DNA of 64,000 nucleotides from a bacterium. Lineage in GTDB: Bacteria; UBA8248. A model generated the notes under the pieces. That model had not been told where the DNA came from and did no database searches. It was given only the letters and a program-made list of their open reading frames with translations. The first letter of the stretch is position 1, and each line of letters begins with the position of its first letter. Shown here one piece after another: positions 50,639-63,358 of the stretch. A program made the translations under genes and the position numbers. The DNA lies in NCBI GenBank assembly GCA_965213685.1, contig CBDBZY010000064.1, forward strand, positions 384,001-448,000. The letters run 5' to 3'.

Positions 50639-52979
50639 GGTCCCCAGTTCGAAAGAGTACCGTAGAGTAGTCCACACCCCCAAACAGTTTTACTACGAAA
50701 CGAGGCTGAAGCGTTGTATAGTACGCCAGCCGGTGGGCCATATCGCGCTATCACACGCCTAGAGAACGTGGCTACACTCGTCCCGTCGGGCAGCTAGTCC
50801 CGTTTAGCTAAAGCCATCCATCGCCTAAGAACTACCTGGGACAGCGGGGATACACGCACGGTTCTAGCGCTAGAGGCCGGCCCGAACGGCGCGGCGCACG
50901 TGCACGTGAGCATGCGACGCACGCAACAGATGCCGGCGCGCGCGGCCGGCCAGTGACCACGCGACATATGCGTGTAACGTAAGTGGATTTCAAGTATCTA
51001 TGTACCGTATTCAAGACGTAAGCGCAAAAACTGTACTACTGTAGGTGTGATATATATGGCAGTGTGCAGGCAACACAGAGGAGTAGTCTACACAAATAAC
51101 CCCATCCCTATATACATCTTTCTCATTTTTGTCATCCACACAAAGCTGTTTTCAGTACTCTCACAACAAAGCCTAGATATAGGTTCTATGTAGGGATGAG
51201 GATGCTTGTGTAGTCCTCTATGTTGCCTGCACACTGCCATAAATCCATATATCTATATAGTTTCTGTGTGGTTTTTGGCACTGCCATCCCTACATCCTTC
51301 TACATTTTTGGAAAATGTTTTTCATACTTGTTTATGTGCTTTTTTGCAACACAGTATATACCATACAGAAGGTTAAATTAAGCACCAAAACCTTTCGTGT
51401 GCATGTAATAATATGATAGTAAGAGAGACTGAGCCCCTGAAAACTTTGACTTTAGCTACTTGGGGATATTTATTATCAAAAAATTTACATCTCACAAAAG
51501 CAAATACTGGTAATAGTGGTACAGTTATTTTGTACAGGACCAGTAGTATCCATTTTTGGAGGCAGAATTAATAACAATAATGGACTAGCTTATTGACATC
51601 ATACAGTGTCGGTGTAGCCATCACTCTTCTCCTTGTTCATCATGGAATTGGTGAAGATTGTGGTGCAGGTCAGTAGTACAAAGCAACTGGCCACGAATCA
51701 CGAGGGAGTCAGAAAGTTCCAGGCCAGTTGGGTCACTCCCGCTTGCCAAAAATGCATCAGCAGGAGAGCTGCTCAAGTCCAATGAGGATAAGATGCATGA
51801 TGGCATGCCAGATTCATAAGATGAGCTATCAAACATTCATTGCTAGGATGATGTGGGGGGGGGGGGGTCAAAGGGGCCAGCTAACCCCCCCTCATTCATG
51901 CCTGAATCACTGTGACCTGGTTCACCTATATACTGATGACTAATAGTGGAAGTTTGTGAAGGTCTCATTGCTTCCCTAGAAAGCCATGGTCCTGCGAAAT
52001 TGTAGGTGGAGTGAGCTTGAACTTTGAACTTTTATCCACTGACCAATCAAAATCACCCACCTCTCTTATAAGCTTCAACCTGGCTACAGGCCTGTGACAT
52101 CATACTGGTCTGCAGCATGTACTCACAGTGGACCTCTCCCCACCAAAAAGCACTAACTAGCAACTACATACAAACCAGATGGAGGCCTCTGAAAATTCAA
52201 GCAAGACTGTGGGCTGACCTTTGAACTAATTATGATATATATGCATGGTTGCCATAGTTACACATTTCACTACTTGGAGGATGTTACTAAGGTTACCAAA
52301 GGTCCACTACGCGTTTTGGCACTCCGGCAGGAGCAGCTCACGTAGATGTAGGCCTACTATGGTGTGAGCTTTGAACTGAAAACTTTAATTCTAAACTTTG
52401 TCACAGAAAATAATACTAAAATAATGGCCCGCCCGCTTGCATGCATGAAGCAGACTTTCCAAGGACGAAATATATTAAATTTTGGAGTGGCCTAATTTGT
52501 CTGTGTACGCATACTCAATGACAGATCTGTGTGCCACCTGTGCAAGTGGAGAAAGACAGTCGCTCTTTCGTGCCGCAAGTTCAAGTTGGCATTGACACTG
52601 GAGGACACGGCAAGGACCACCACTTCTGGAGCTCGGGGAGCGTGAGCACGCTTGATAATAGCCGTACCTGCGGTCTAGCGCATGATCGACGTACCACTCA
52701 GCGTAGCAAGCGTAGCTTGCGTGTGCTCCTGTCCTTTAGTTCTATTCTTTTACCAGGCACTATGCCCTTAGGAGGGCACAGCCCCCCGATATACCTATAT
52801 TTAGGAGGGCTGCAGCCCCCAAAGAGAGCTGTAAGGATGGGGCCTGACATGCCTTGCATCATGAGTGTAAACCTTCTAGCTAAACTCGTAAATGTTCTGT
52901 GTTCTAAGCCCTTAACCAACTAATAGCAATAGGTGAGACTAAAACAGAACAGCTAAAAGACAAATACAGAACAAAACAC

Positions 52980-53300
52980 AAAGGATTATATAAAGTGTAC
53001 CCTATACGTTATGTTTACTAAAAGAGTACAATACAAATAGGCAATACATAAGGAGAAGTAGTATGTACTTTTTAAATGCTAAGTAACTACTGAAAGATAC
53101 ACAGTCTGCAGGCAGGTTACTCTACGCTGTAATGGTTCTTGGCATAAAGGAGCATTTGAGATGGTTGGTACAGGCTGGTATTGCAGATCTTGATGGAAAG
53201 TAGTGGCTCGGAAGGTGGTTCGGTGGATAAATTACATGTCCCATAATGACTTCATGAAAAAGACAAAGGGATAAATATATTCGATGGTTTTCTAAACTTT
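52980..53300 (-). mobile_element. 5'-truncated LINE 3' end (CR1/L2-like)
   Basis: Minus strand reads TNHLKCSFMPRTITA*SNLPADCV..AFKK, like the SFFPRTI..WN.LP C-terminus of LINE ORF2. Absent from the paralogous spacer near 37380. Confidence 0.55.
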
Positions 53301-54285
53301 ACCAGCCACTGCTCTGTGCAGTGCTAGTGGCTTACTTCCCACACTGATCCTATAAAGCAGCTATGACCCCCCAGACTTATATACATTTATACGCCTTGTA
53401 CTATGATATACACTGAGGGCACAGAAAGATAAGAGTGAGGAAGCCACATTTATAGTCTGCACCAAGGACACCACAGGGTACAATACAATACCCCGTCAAC
53501 TGAAAATGCACTTACACACTATGGAATGAAGACTCTCACCTAGCAAAAGGATTTGTTGTTCTAACAGCGATTCAATTATGTGAAGTTCACTAGTTTTCTA
53601 CACTATACAAGTAATGCTTCTGTTTGTAGGGAAGTTGTAGCAATGCACATAACAATCATACCAGGTTTGAAAAGTGTGTTCAGGGCAGGGAAAGATGCCC
53701 ACACCCTGCTGAAAATTCCCCCTTTCCTCTTGCCAGGGTGGACCTTGGTTGCAGATTGAAGCATAAAAGTAAAAGATTCCCATGTGCATGTCCACACAAC
53801 ACTCCAGGGCACTGGCAAATACATTTTTATTGTGGATGAAAAGTCTATCTTTGGTGCAGTGAATCTATCATAACATACATCATTGTAAACCTGTTTTGCT
53901 GTGTGCAACCTCTTGGTAGACAAGTTTTCCATGTTCCTGCTTCCTAGATTACATTGTTTTTCAGTTGTCCCTGTATAAATATCTGCTGCACTATATTGTT
54001 GTTGTACATTGCTATTATTGAGGGCCACAGGTAGTAGCTGAAATGTTTGGCAAAGTAAATTCATTTCATGCATGGCTAGCTTATGTAAGATGTATGAGGA
54101 ATAGCATTACAAGAATTCATCATGAAAAGCTTGCATTTTCTCAGCAACCTGTGAGAATGCCAATATCCTCTATCATCAGGACTTGCTGTCGTTGAAGTTC
54201 CTCGTGACAGTTCATTGTGGTGTGACTGGTGGTGGAACAGCCAGTGTTCGTGGTTTGCTATCTCATAATCACTGTCAAGTCAGTC

Positions 54286-55867
54286 ATGTCCAGACATTTA
54301 TCAAAACTGCGGGTCCTAGTAGTTGTTATCCTAGCATTTGTGGGTGTAGTTAGACTGCTCAGAACTCTGGGCCATGACCACCAAATGCTACATGCTGAGA
54401 GGGCTCCTCATGTTGAGCAATCTTATGGGGCTCCTCATGTTGGGTATGAAAAACATTCTGCTAGTAATGCAAGAGATGACGATGTATGCAATCAAAAGCC
54501 ATTGGAAAACGTTATTGGAGCAAACACAAACAGTACGCGCCTGGGCTTCTGGGATGTCTTGAACAAATCATATGTGGATCAGCATGTGCCTCGGCCGTGG
54601 ATTGGCTCATACCAGTGCAAGGATGTGATATGTTCTGAGTTCTTGCACAATTGTGATTGGGTTGAAGTGGACAAATTTATGAGAGCCATGAAAAAGAAGG
54701 ACAGGCTGTTTAAAATCAGTCCTGCATGTCACTTTATGAATGGGACATCACGAGGAAGTGTTACCCTGCTCAGTTTTCCTGGCAGTGGGAACACGTGGCT
54801 GAGGGGACTGCTGGAGAAGGCCACAGGAGTATGCACTGGTGAGGGTATACTCCCATACTGAAGAGATTATGCATGGCCAGGATAAATGACAAAGGAGTAT
54901 ATACATGTGCATGTTGAATTATGCATACATGTGTATGTGTATACACACATGTGAATTGGGAGCAATATACACTATTCATGTTCCTGTAGGATCTCATTAT
55001 CAAGATTGGAGTATTTGGCATTCTGGTTCAGTTGGAGAAGGGATCACTAGTAGTGCAGTTCTGGTAGTGAAGTCACACAATGTTGCTCATGTGTGGACCA
55101 CACAGTCTCTTCAATGGGTGAACTTACTTTTAACAATCTTACAGCAATCAATCCAATCAATCTCTCTCTCTCTCTCTCTCTCTCTACATTCTCACAGAAC
55201 CAACCCACTATCTTACTTGTTCGCAATCCTTCTGATGCAATTGTCTCCTATTACAAATGGTATCTCTTTTACAAGGGCATTATTAAAGGAAGGAATTCTC
55301 ATGTCAGTCAGATCAGCCCAGATTTGTTCAGTGAGTGTCGTACCATGCATAGTGTACACAACACTTGCATTACATGCTTCAATTATGTAGGAAATTATGC
55401 TCTATGGAACAAATTTGTATATAACACTAAAGCATACTGGGCTAGCTTCATCAGAAGAGTGGTGCTGAAGAAAAGCAGTGGTCATCCTGTTCTGGTGGTC
55501 CGATATGAGAATATAAAGAGAAATCGAGCAAAAGAGGTAGACGAAGGAGTAGGAGGAAAGATGTGGGATGGAGAAGAGATCTTGCTCTATTTTACTGCAT
55601 GGGCAATCATTACTGCTTGTCATTGTGTCTGCTTAGGTATTACGCATCTTGGACTTTCTAAATATGAGTTATTCACCACAAGAAGTGAGAGAGAGACTTC
55701 TGGAGGATGTCACAACATTTCAACGCAAGCAAACTGTGAACATTGATCCTTACACACCAGTACAGCGGGAACATATCAGACGAGAAGTTCGACACATCAT
55801 AGCTAAGCTAAAGCAGGAGAACAATAGAGACACATTAGGAGTGGAGGAATACTTAGACTCTAGTTAG
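54286..55867 (+). CDS. WSCD-family sulfotransferase copy 5 (most diverged). Exons 54286-54838, 54990-55117, 55198-55330, 55391-55536, 55637-55867
   Basis: Same motifs, an in-frame duplication in the stem (APHVEQSYGAPHV), a shorter exon 2 and RNPSDA instead of RNPFDA. Confidence 0.88.
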
Positions 55868-56028
55868 GTTCCTATTTGTTTGCTACAAGAGTCATTTTTT
55901 GACTTTTGACTATCAGAGTTGGCAACTCTCTATAATTATAATAAGGCTGGGATCCAACATGCTCATAGTATAACAAACAACTTCTAAACTCATAACTATC
56001 TTAATCCATGTTGTTTAACCAAAATATT

Positions 56029-56450
56029 TCACAGCAAAAAGGAGATGGTTATTTTAACCTTGCTATGGTTATCTCAGTTCCACTTGAATGACTTTATATC
56101 ACTCCCACATTGAGTATACTTCTCTACTCTTGAGGCTGAATGCATATGTGCAGTGTGTAGGGTGCCTCAAGGGGAGCATGAGTTATGACAAGATTTTGGC
56201 ATGCGATGGGTAAGCAACCCATTATTGGTGGTCTCTGCTATGTCAAGCTTAATGGACTAAAAGACGCTCATTTACTATACTTATTTTAGTCTATCACTTA
56301 ATTCCTTAGCCATTTCTTGGAGGATATCCAAGTTTAACATAATAGTTATGTCATTATACACATTCTTTACATCAGTCCAGTTGAGATATCAAACATGCAA
56401 CTGAGATAACCATAATTCTGCATTAAAATGGCCATGGACGTTTTGCAGTG
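56029..56450. mobile_element. CACWG-ended (EnSpm-like) MITE; a second partial copy lies at about 58715-58992
   Basis: CACAGCAAAAA..GGTTATTTTAA / TTAAAATGGCC..TTTTGCAGTG. About 270 bp are shared with 58715-58992. Confidence 0.55.
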
Positions 56451-56495
56451 TTGACACATTGGACAGACCTCATATTCTCATCATCTATACATGTA

Positions 56496-58314
56496 AAGTA
56501 TAGAAAAGCACTTTCAAAAAATGTAGAGGGATGTAGGGATGGCCGTGCCAAAAACTACAGAAACTAGGTGTAGGGATGGCAGTGGGCAGGCAAGACATGT
56601 TATACAAAGACTACACAAATAACCCCATCCCTACATCTTTTTATATACCTGAAATCATTCTGTGAGTTATGCTATGAGATTACTGGGAAGAGCAATTTTT
56701 GAGCCAGAAAAAAAAAAGGATGTAGGGATGGGGTTACTTGTGTAGTCTTTGTATAACATGTCTTGCCTGCCCACTGCCATCCCTACACCTAGTTTCTGTA
56801 GTTTTTGGCACTGCCATTCCTACATCCCTCTACATTTTTTGAAAATGTTTTTTTATACTTGTTTGCATCCTTCTTTTGCCCAAGGGTAACATTAATAATT
56901 ATATTGTTCTTGCCACTGAAGCTTCTTTCAGAGTCCAGCAAACAAATCAGTGATCATAACAGCCGTTGTTACCCGTCAGGAATGGAGATAAGGTGGGTAG
57001 GGGGGGGCTGGAACACCATCATTTCTGAAGTTGGGGGGCTTGAGACCCTCTAAAAATTCCTGAGCTAGAGTAGCTACCTCACCGTATCTAACTGGCCAAC
57101 TCATACCCGCTACATTAATAGCATAGTGAAGTAAGACGCTGCTCGAACACGCCACCTTCAGCGACTACAACGGCCATTGCAACCAAAAATTAATAGGCGT
57201 GGCTTCGCGAGGCCCTCACGTGCTAACCGTTTGCGCCACGTGACAATAACTATTACAAAATGGTTTCCAAATATGGGAAGTTGTCCGAGACTTCTAGTTT
57301 CTGCCCATTTGGGAAGGTACTAAGAGTTTTATTAGCGCAGATCGTACTTGGTAGTGATTACAGTGGATCCGTGAAAGAACTACGATGATTACTTCAGCCA
57401 GTTTTGAGGAACGTTAGTCTAAAGAAATCTCTTAAGGTGGCGGTTCAACCTTGGGTAATACGCGCACACAGGTACTACGTTGTGAGTACGTTATAATGAG
57501 ATTCATAGTTCGTGTACACGTGCAGCCTTTGAAGTGCTAGGCCATTATGCGTACTTGTGCGTGTAGAGTGTACCTTAGTATCTAGATGCTAAATATCTCG
57601 GGACTGAAATTTTGGAGCGGATCCAAACCAACGGCAACCGAATGTCTACTCGTAGACCTTTGCGGCGACGCATCATGAGCGGTAGATCTACAAAATTGTG
57701 CACAAAACGGCAAGTTTAATTGACCCCCGCGCGCATCGCGGACAAACTTTTAGCGCGCCTGCCTTGTACTTACACGCTAAATGCACGAGCATGCGTCGCC
57801 GCAAACAGCGCAGTTGTGGGGTAATTTAGCGTATTTTTTCATATTTTTGCTAGCTGTCCCAAGTCAGATATTTGTTTTTTTATGGAGCCCAGTTTTGTGG
57901 ACTCCATTAACTTAGTGCTGCTTTGTGGACAATTATAAAGTAGATATTCAGGCAGAGCAGTTTTCAAGCTTTAAAACAGTACCAATATTGCTACAAAAGT
58001 GTTTAGGATATGACACTGAGACTATGTTTTTATAATGACTGTTTGGTTTGTGAAAGGTTGAACCGCCACCTTAAGACGAAGAAGAATAGGAAGAAAGACA
58101 AAACGACCTTTGGAGAGTTTTCTGGTAGTAAGTCAAGGGATGCTTTGTAGCTACTTGGGGGGTATTTTGGGGTAGAGAAACGCTGGAATAGAATAGCTAG
58201 GGGCCCAGAAAGGCTTAGAACGCGAGCGTTCGCGAGTTAAGAAGGCTTTCCTATGTACACGCATTATGGGAGGGTCGACGCCATCCCTACATAGAGAGTC
58301 TACCGACTCTCTGA
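56496..58314. mobile_element. Half copy (central hairpin + one arm) of the 30621-32808 foldback
   Basis: High identity to 31560-32808, ending CTACCGACTCTCTGA|TA. Confidence 0.9.
57436..58070. mobile_element. Kolobok-type non-autonomous element
   Basis: TTAA|GGTGGCGGTTCAACCTT ... AAGGTTGAACCGCCACC|TTAA (17-bp perfect TIR, RR...YY ends). The empty site TCTCTTAAGAAG is at 32561. Confidence 0.88.
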
Positions 58315-60254
58315 TATATTCAGCCACTGCTCTGTGCAGTGCTAGTGGCTCGCTTTACACACGTATAAATCAGTTATGACAGTCTATGCGCAGGAGTGCT
58401 GGGAGTGCACATATACAGCAAGATGAGGGTGAGGGGGTGTCACGTATACGTAATAGACTGTACCAAGAACACCACAGGGTATACCCATGCACCCTAAGCT
58501 GTGCATAATATATGTCTACCCTCAGGCCTGCATGGCTTGAAAACATGGCTTAACCATTACTCTTACATAGCTGCATGTCTTTGAGAAACACGCTGCATAC
58601 TCCTCTTGAGTCTCACACTGACCTTCAGCCATGATAAAGAACTGTCTCTCTTCTCAACCTTTCATAACTGGCTCGATTCCTTGAAGAGCACTCATCCAAA
58701 CTTTGCACCCATCACATGTGTTATGACAGGAACTTAGCATGCGATGGGTAAACAGCCCATCACTGGTGGTCTCTGCTATGTCAAGCTTAATGGACTAAAA
58801 TACTCTCATTTACAATACTTATTAGTCTATCACACAATCCCTTAGTCATTTCTTGGAGGATATCCAAGTTTAGCGTAATAGTTGTCATTATACGCGTTCT
58901 TTACACCTGTTCAATGCCAGATGCTGAGATGTCAAACATACAACTGAGATAACCATAATGCTGGGTTAAATGACCATAGAGTTTTTGCAGTGTAGTATTA
59001 AAAGGAAGCAGGAAACAAAATGAGGAAACGGAAATTGGGAATGAAAGCGCCTGAATGTGCCAAATAAACCTAGCTATTAAAGAATAAGTTTAAGTGGGGA
59101 CTGGGGAGAAATAACCGTTTTATCTGCACCTGAAGTCAGGGTGGTGGGGTAGAGTAAGTCATCATATCTGTGCCTGAAAACAGGCAAGTAGAATCATAGG
59201 TTACGGAGTCTATACAATCTATGGTAGAATGAAAGATGCAAGCATTACTCCTTTGTCTTCTTGAACTAACAAATATGTACTAAATAACAGCCCTCTTCAG
59301 GCAGCTCATGTGGGCATTGCAATGAGAATTGCTTTCCTGCCCTAGAAACTGTGACAAGGTTTGGTGCCATTTGGTGAGCTCTGCAAGACTCATAGTGTGG
59401 TGGACCCTTCACAGTTCTTGTTGCATATGTATCTCATTTTGAATGAATAGAATTGTTGCAAACTCATGACTTGCAATACCTCAGGTCTGGATTCCATTGT
59501 GTATACTATGCCACACACCACACTCATCCACCCCCTCCCTCATTACAGAGAGGGGCTAGGGTGGGCAGAAAAGGGTCCACTGTAGTGAGATAGTAGTCCT
59601 ATGGCTTGTTAATGCAGAACACCTGGTCCTGCAATAACAATGTAACCACAAATGTGTTGCTCTGCAGTGGCTGGGGAGTATAGTGTAATTTTTCTATCCC
59701 CTACATGTAGTCTCCCAGGTGCGTATGATGTTCTCTTGCTGTATGTTATTATGTTCCCTTGCTGCATGTGTGCTGCTGGTGTTCTGTCCCACAGGATACC
59801 AAGGAAATGCACTTCTCAACCAAAAGGCAGTGTTTCCTATGGTTAACCAGCTGTACAGCTTCAAGGGCAATCTGTACTGTACATTCAGGATATGGTGATC
59901 TATAGTATATGTAGTCATATGACTTGATAAGTCAGTACACATACTGTTCATGGATTATTCCTACTGGGTTCTGTTGCCACAGGAACCAGACCTTGCACAT
60001 TCCACAGAAGAGAAGCAAGCAGAACTAATACAAGAAGTGCGTTTGCCCAATAAGATTAGCATAGTTTATATAGTCATAGTATCATACCTCTTGTCATTTT
60101 CAGGTTCTAAGTGCAAATGATGCAGATGCTGATAACAGTGCTTTTCTCAAAAAGCAGGAAGCAGTGCTTTTGTAAGACTATCTGTACACCCATGAGGGCA
60201 GATAGTCAGATAGTGTAATTTTTGTAGGTTGTGAAAGCTGTAGTGATGTCGTAT

Positions 60255-60336
<82 letters not shown>

Positions 60337-61078
60337 CTCTGTCATCAGTCAACCGTCACTCTGGCTCCATGGCCTCCATGTCTGCTGCTGATGATACGGT
60401 GTACATGGAGTACCAGAGCAGCAAGCCACAGCACCCTCTGTTCAAACTCAGAAGGCACTGACTACCTCCAGCTATATTCTGCAATGCATGTGTTGTTCAG
60501 TGATGTGTGTGGCAAAGTTTTGCTCATACTGTATGATGATACAGTGCATGTATGTAGCTAACGTTATTGAAGCAGTGTAGTAAATTTTGTATGAACTTGT
60601 CTTCACGTGTGCCCTTCCCACAAGTGCCTGTAGTTTACTGTACAGTAGGTTTGAGTCTGCATTAGGCAATGAACGATGTTCGTTGAAAGTAGCTCAATCC
60701 TTCTTATCTACGTTAAAAACACCCTTACAAATGTGTGCACTGTTTCCTGTGTAACTAATGTAAGTGAGGGGACAGGCTCTTAAAGATCTGTGTATATAGA
60801 ACTATAGCAACACACAAACACAATTGCGCGCGTGTAATTACGACGATTACAGGAATGCGTTTGCGGTGCATTTTTCTCAGTACAGTGGGCAACCGTGGTC
60901 TCGACCTGCCGGATCGGACCCATTCATATTGAAGTGAGTTCGGGCGTTGGTATAATGATTGTTCAAACAACTACACCACAGTGAAGCCCCTACCCGTGTT
61001 ACTTAAGCAGTCGACCACTGACCAGGTTGTGCAAATAATATTCTGTAGGAGTGGTGATCGTCTGCATTTGCTGTTACG

Positions 61079-62296
61079 ATGGCTACAACTCCACTCATGC
61101 TGTGCCTTCTCTCCGCTCTGGTGGAGGTCCACTCTCAGACTACTCCTTATATCAGCTTCATGGGTACTAATCTGCCCAACCACAGCTACGTGAACCTCAC
61201 TCTAGTGGGGAGTGCTAGGAACGGTAGTGACAGTGTACAGTGCCACACTGACCTGAGCACATGCTGTAGTGGTGCTCAGGGTGCTGATCGTGGAGACTGG
61301 CATGCGCCTGGTAGCCAAGACAGACTGCCATTTGCTGGTGACCCTGGTGACATATATCAGTCTCGTGGAGCTCAGCGAGTTGACTTGCGTCGTAGGAACA
61401 ATGGTGACACATCTGGTATATATCTCTGTACTATTGAGACCCGTTATACAGTGAATGATGATGATGATCAAGATATTGTGTATGTGGGACTGTATGCCAG
61501 TGGAGGTGAGTTTCTCTCCAATGATTACATAAGAGTTACTAGTTAACAAGTACCTAATGTACATGCAGGCTGTGAAGGTAGTGATCCTTACTTTCCATGC
61601 TTTCTTGCAGGCATATACTTTACCTCTTAGCAAGCACAATGTTGCTTACTGCATATCATTTGACTCTGTTTGCCACAATACATTCAACCTGATCTACACT
61701 GTTAATGTCATAAACTAATTGAAACTACAAACTATACTTAATTCTCTGCAGTTCAATTCTGACAATGCAGTTGTGTGTCTATGTTAATAATTATGATATA
61801 TCTCAGCCAACCTTCAATATCTTCTGAGCCGTGTTTTCTTCTACAGCCTAATTATGTTTCTAATGAATGCCAGCATCTTTTTAGTTCCATGTACTGAAAT
61901 GGACTCTGCCTGTACAATCCACTGCATTACATAACTTCAGAAACTACCCACATCATAGATGATTGTAGTCTCTTGTGTTACTCCTCTCCTCTCCTCCTTT
62001 CAATAATGTAGGTGATGTTACTGTAAAAGATGATATAATATTCACTGTAGCCACTGACCTTAACGGAGAGAGCCCCCATTTCACCCTTACCTGCATTTCG
62101 ATTGGTGGTCCTGCTACCACTGTCACATGGACCAGAGACTCTGAGACAGTCTTGGGAGGGATGGCTGTGTTAGATGACCCTGTGACTGCACAGTACACCC
62201 ACACCCTGACTGTGACTAGGAGACTGGGAGGGCAGTATCATTTTATTGTGTCCAACAACAAACCATCTAGTGACACTTCAAACTTCACAGTGCAAG
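61079..62296 (+). CDS. Secreted or cell-surface Ig-like domain protein, first two exons (61079-61505, 62012-62296); probably continues beyond the window
   Basis: Signal peptide MATTPLMLCLLSALVEVHS|Q. Domain 1 VQCHTDLSTCC..GDW..SGIYLCTI. Domain 2 FTLTCISIGGPATTVTWTRD..YTHTLTV..GQY. Phase-1 introns between domains. Confidence 0.85.
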
Positions 62297-62443
62297 GTAA
62301 TGGTTGACATTGGCTGTTGTGGTTAATATTATTACCATAGCTGAGCATTCTTGGTAATGTGTGACTGTATGTAGTGTAGGATATTGTGCATGAGTGCGTA
62401 TGGAGAGAGCAACAGTAACCTAAATGCCAGCCCTTCATCCCCT

Positions 62444-62594
62444 AGGGAAGGGAGGGAGGGAGGGAGGGAGGGAGGGAGGGAGGGAGGGAGGGAGGGAGGG
62501 AGGGAGGGAGGGAGGGAGGGAGGGAGGGAGGGAGGGAGGGAGGGAGGGAGGGAGGGAGGGAGGGAGGGAGGGAGGGAGGGAGGGAGGGAGGGGG
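62444..62594. repeat. (GGGA)n tetranucleotide tract
   Basis: About 36 consecutive units. Confidence 0.97.
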
Positions 62595-62777
62595 AGAAGG
62601 AGGAAAGGAGGAAGGGAAGGATAGACAGATAAAGGAAGAAATGGAGAGAGGAAGGAAGAGAGTGAAAGGAGCAGACAAGGAGAACCTGTACTTGTGAGTA
62701 AACTCTTCACACTAGAAAGATCTTGAATCTGGGTCTATCAAAATCTTCTCTTACTCTGGAATCATGCTATAAATATA

Positions 62778-63358
62778 GGTTAGATACTGAGACCATGGGA
62801 TCTATGGGCTTTAGAAACTCGAAGACCCTGGGCTGTGCGCGAGGGCACTACTAAGGGCCTGAGGGTTACAAAGCCCACAGATCCCATTGGTCGAGGTATC
62901 TAACCATTTTAGAGTATAGACATGTTTTCATTTAGAGCATAGCTGTTACTAATAGGCAAATCTTATTGGTCAGTAGGTAGTTACTGAATGGTGTAGTTAC
63001 CCAGTACAATTAATGAATCTACAATATCTACAAGAAGTACAAGTAAGGAACCTACAATTTCTACAAGAAGTACAAGTAAGGAACCTATGCTCTTAGGAAT
63101 CTACAATATTTACAAGAAGTACAAGTAAGGAACCTACAATTTCTACAAGAAGTACAAGTAAGGAACCTACAATTTCTACAAGAAGTACAAGTAAGGAACC
63201 TATGCTCTAAACAACTTAGATACTGTGTCCAATGGGATCTACAGTATTTAGAAACCCTCGGGCCCTTAGTAGTGCCCTCGCTGCGCTCGGGACACTACAG
63301 CCCAGGGCCCTCGGGTTTCTAAATACCGTAGATCCCTTGGACACAGTATCTAACTGTT
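62778..63358. repeat. Two ~130-145-bp self-palindromic units in inverted orientation flanking a 33-bp minisatellite (63016-63208)
   Basis: TTAGATAC..GGGATCT..AGATCCC..GTATCTAA hairpins at 62778-62905 and 63210-63358. The unit CTACAATTTCTACAAGAAGTACAAGTAAGGAAC occurs five times. Confidence 0.85.

Larger units (their letters stand above)
48793..51330. mobile_element. GATGTAGGGATGG hairpin element split by ~2.2 kb of nested insertions
   Basis: Left arm AAGTATGAAAAGCATTTTCCAAAAATGTAG.. (48793-48870) pairs with 51250-51330. The inner hairpin remainder is at 51053-51241. Confidence 0.7.

Noticed and set aside
57436-58070. piggyBac assignment because of the TTAA TSD
   Set aside because: The termini are GG...CC rather than CC...GG, which fits Kolobok.
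63016-63208. 33-bp repeats resembling a CRISPR array
   Set aside because: Units are directly adjacent or separated by the same short sequence. There are no unique spacers and no cas genes, and the context is eukaryotic.
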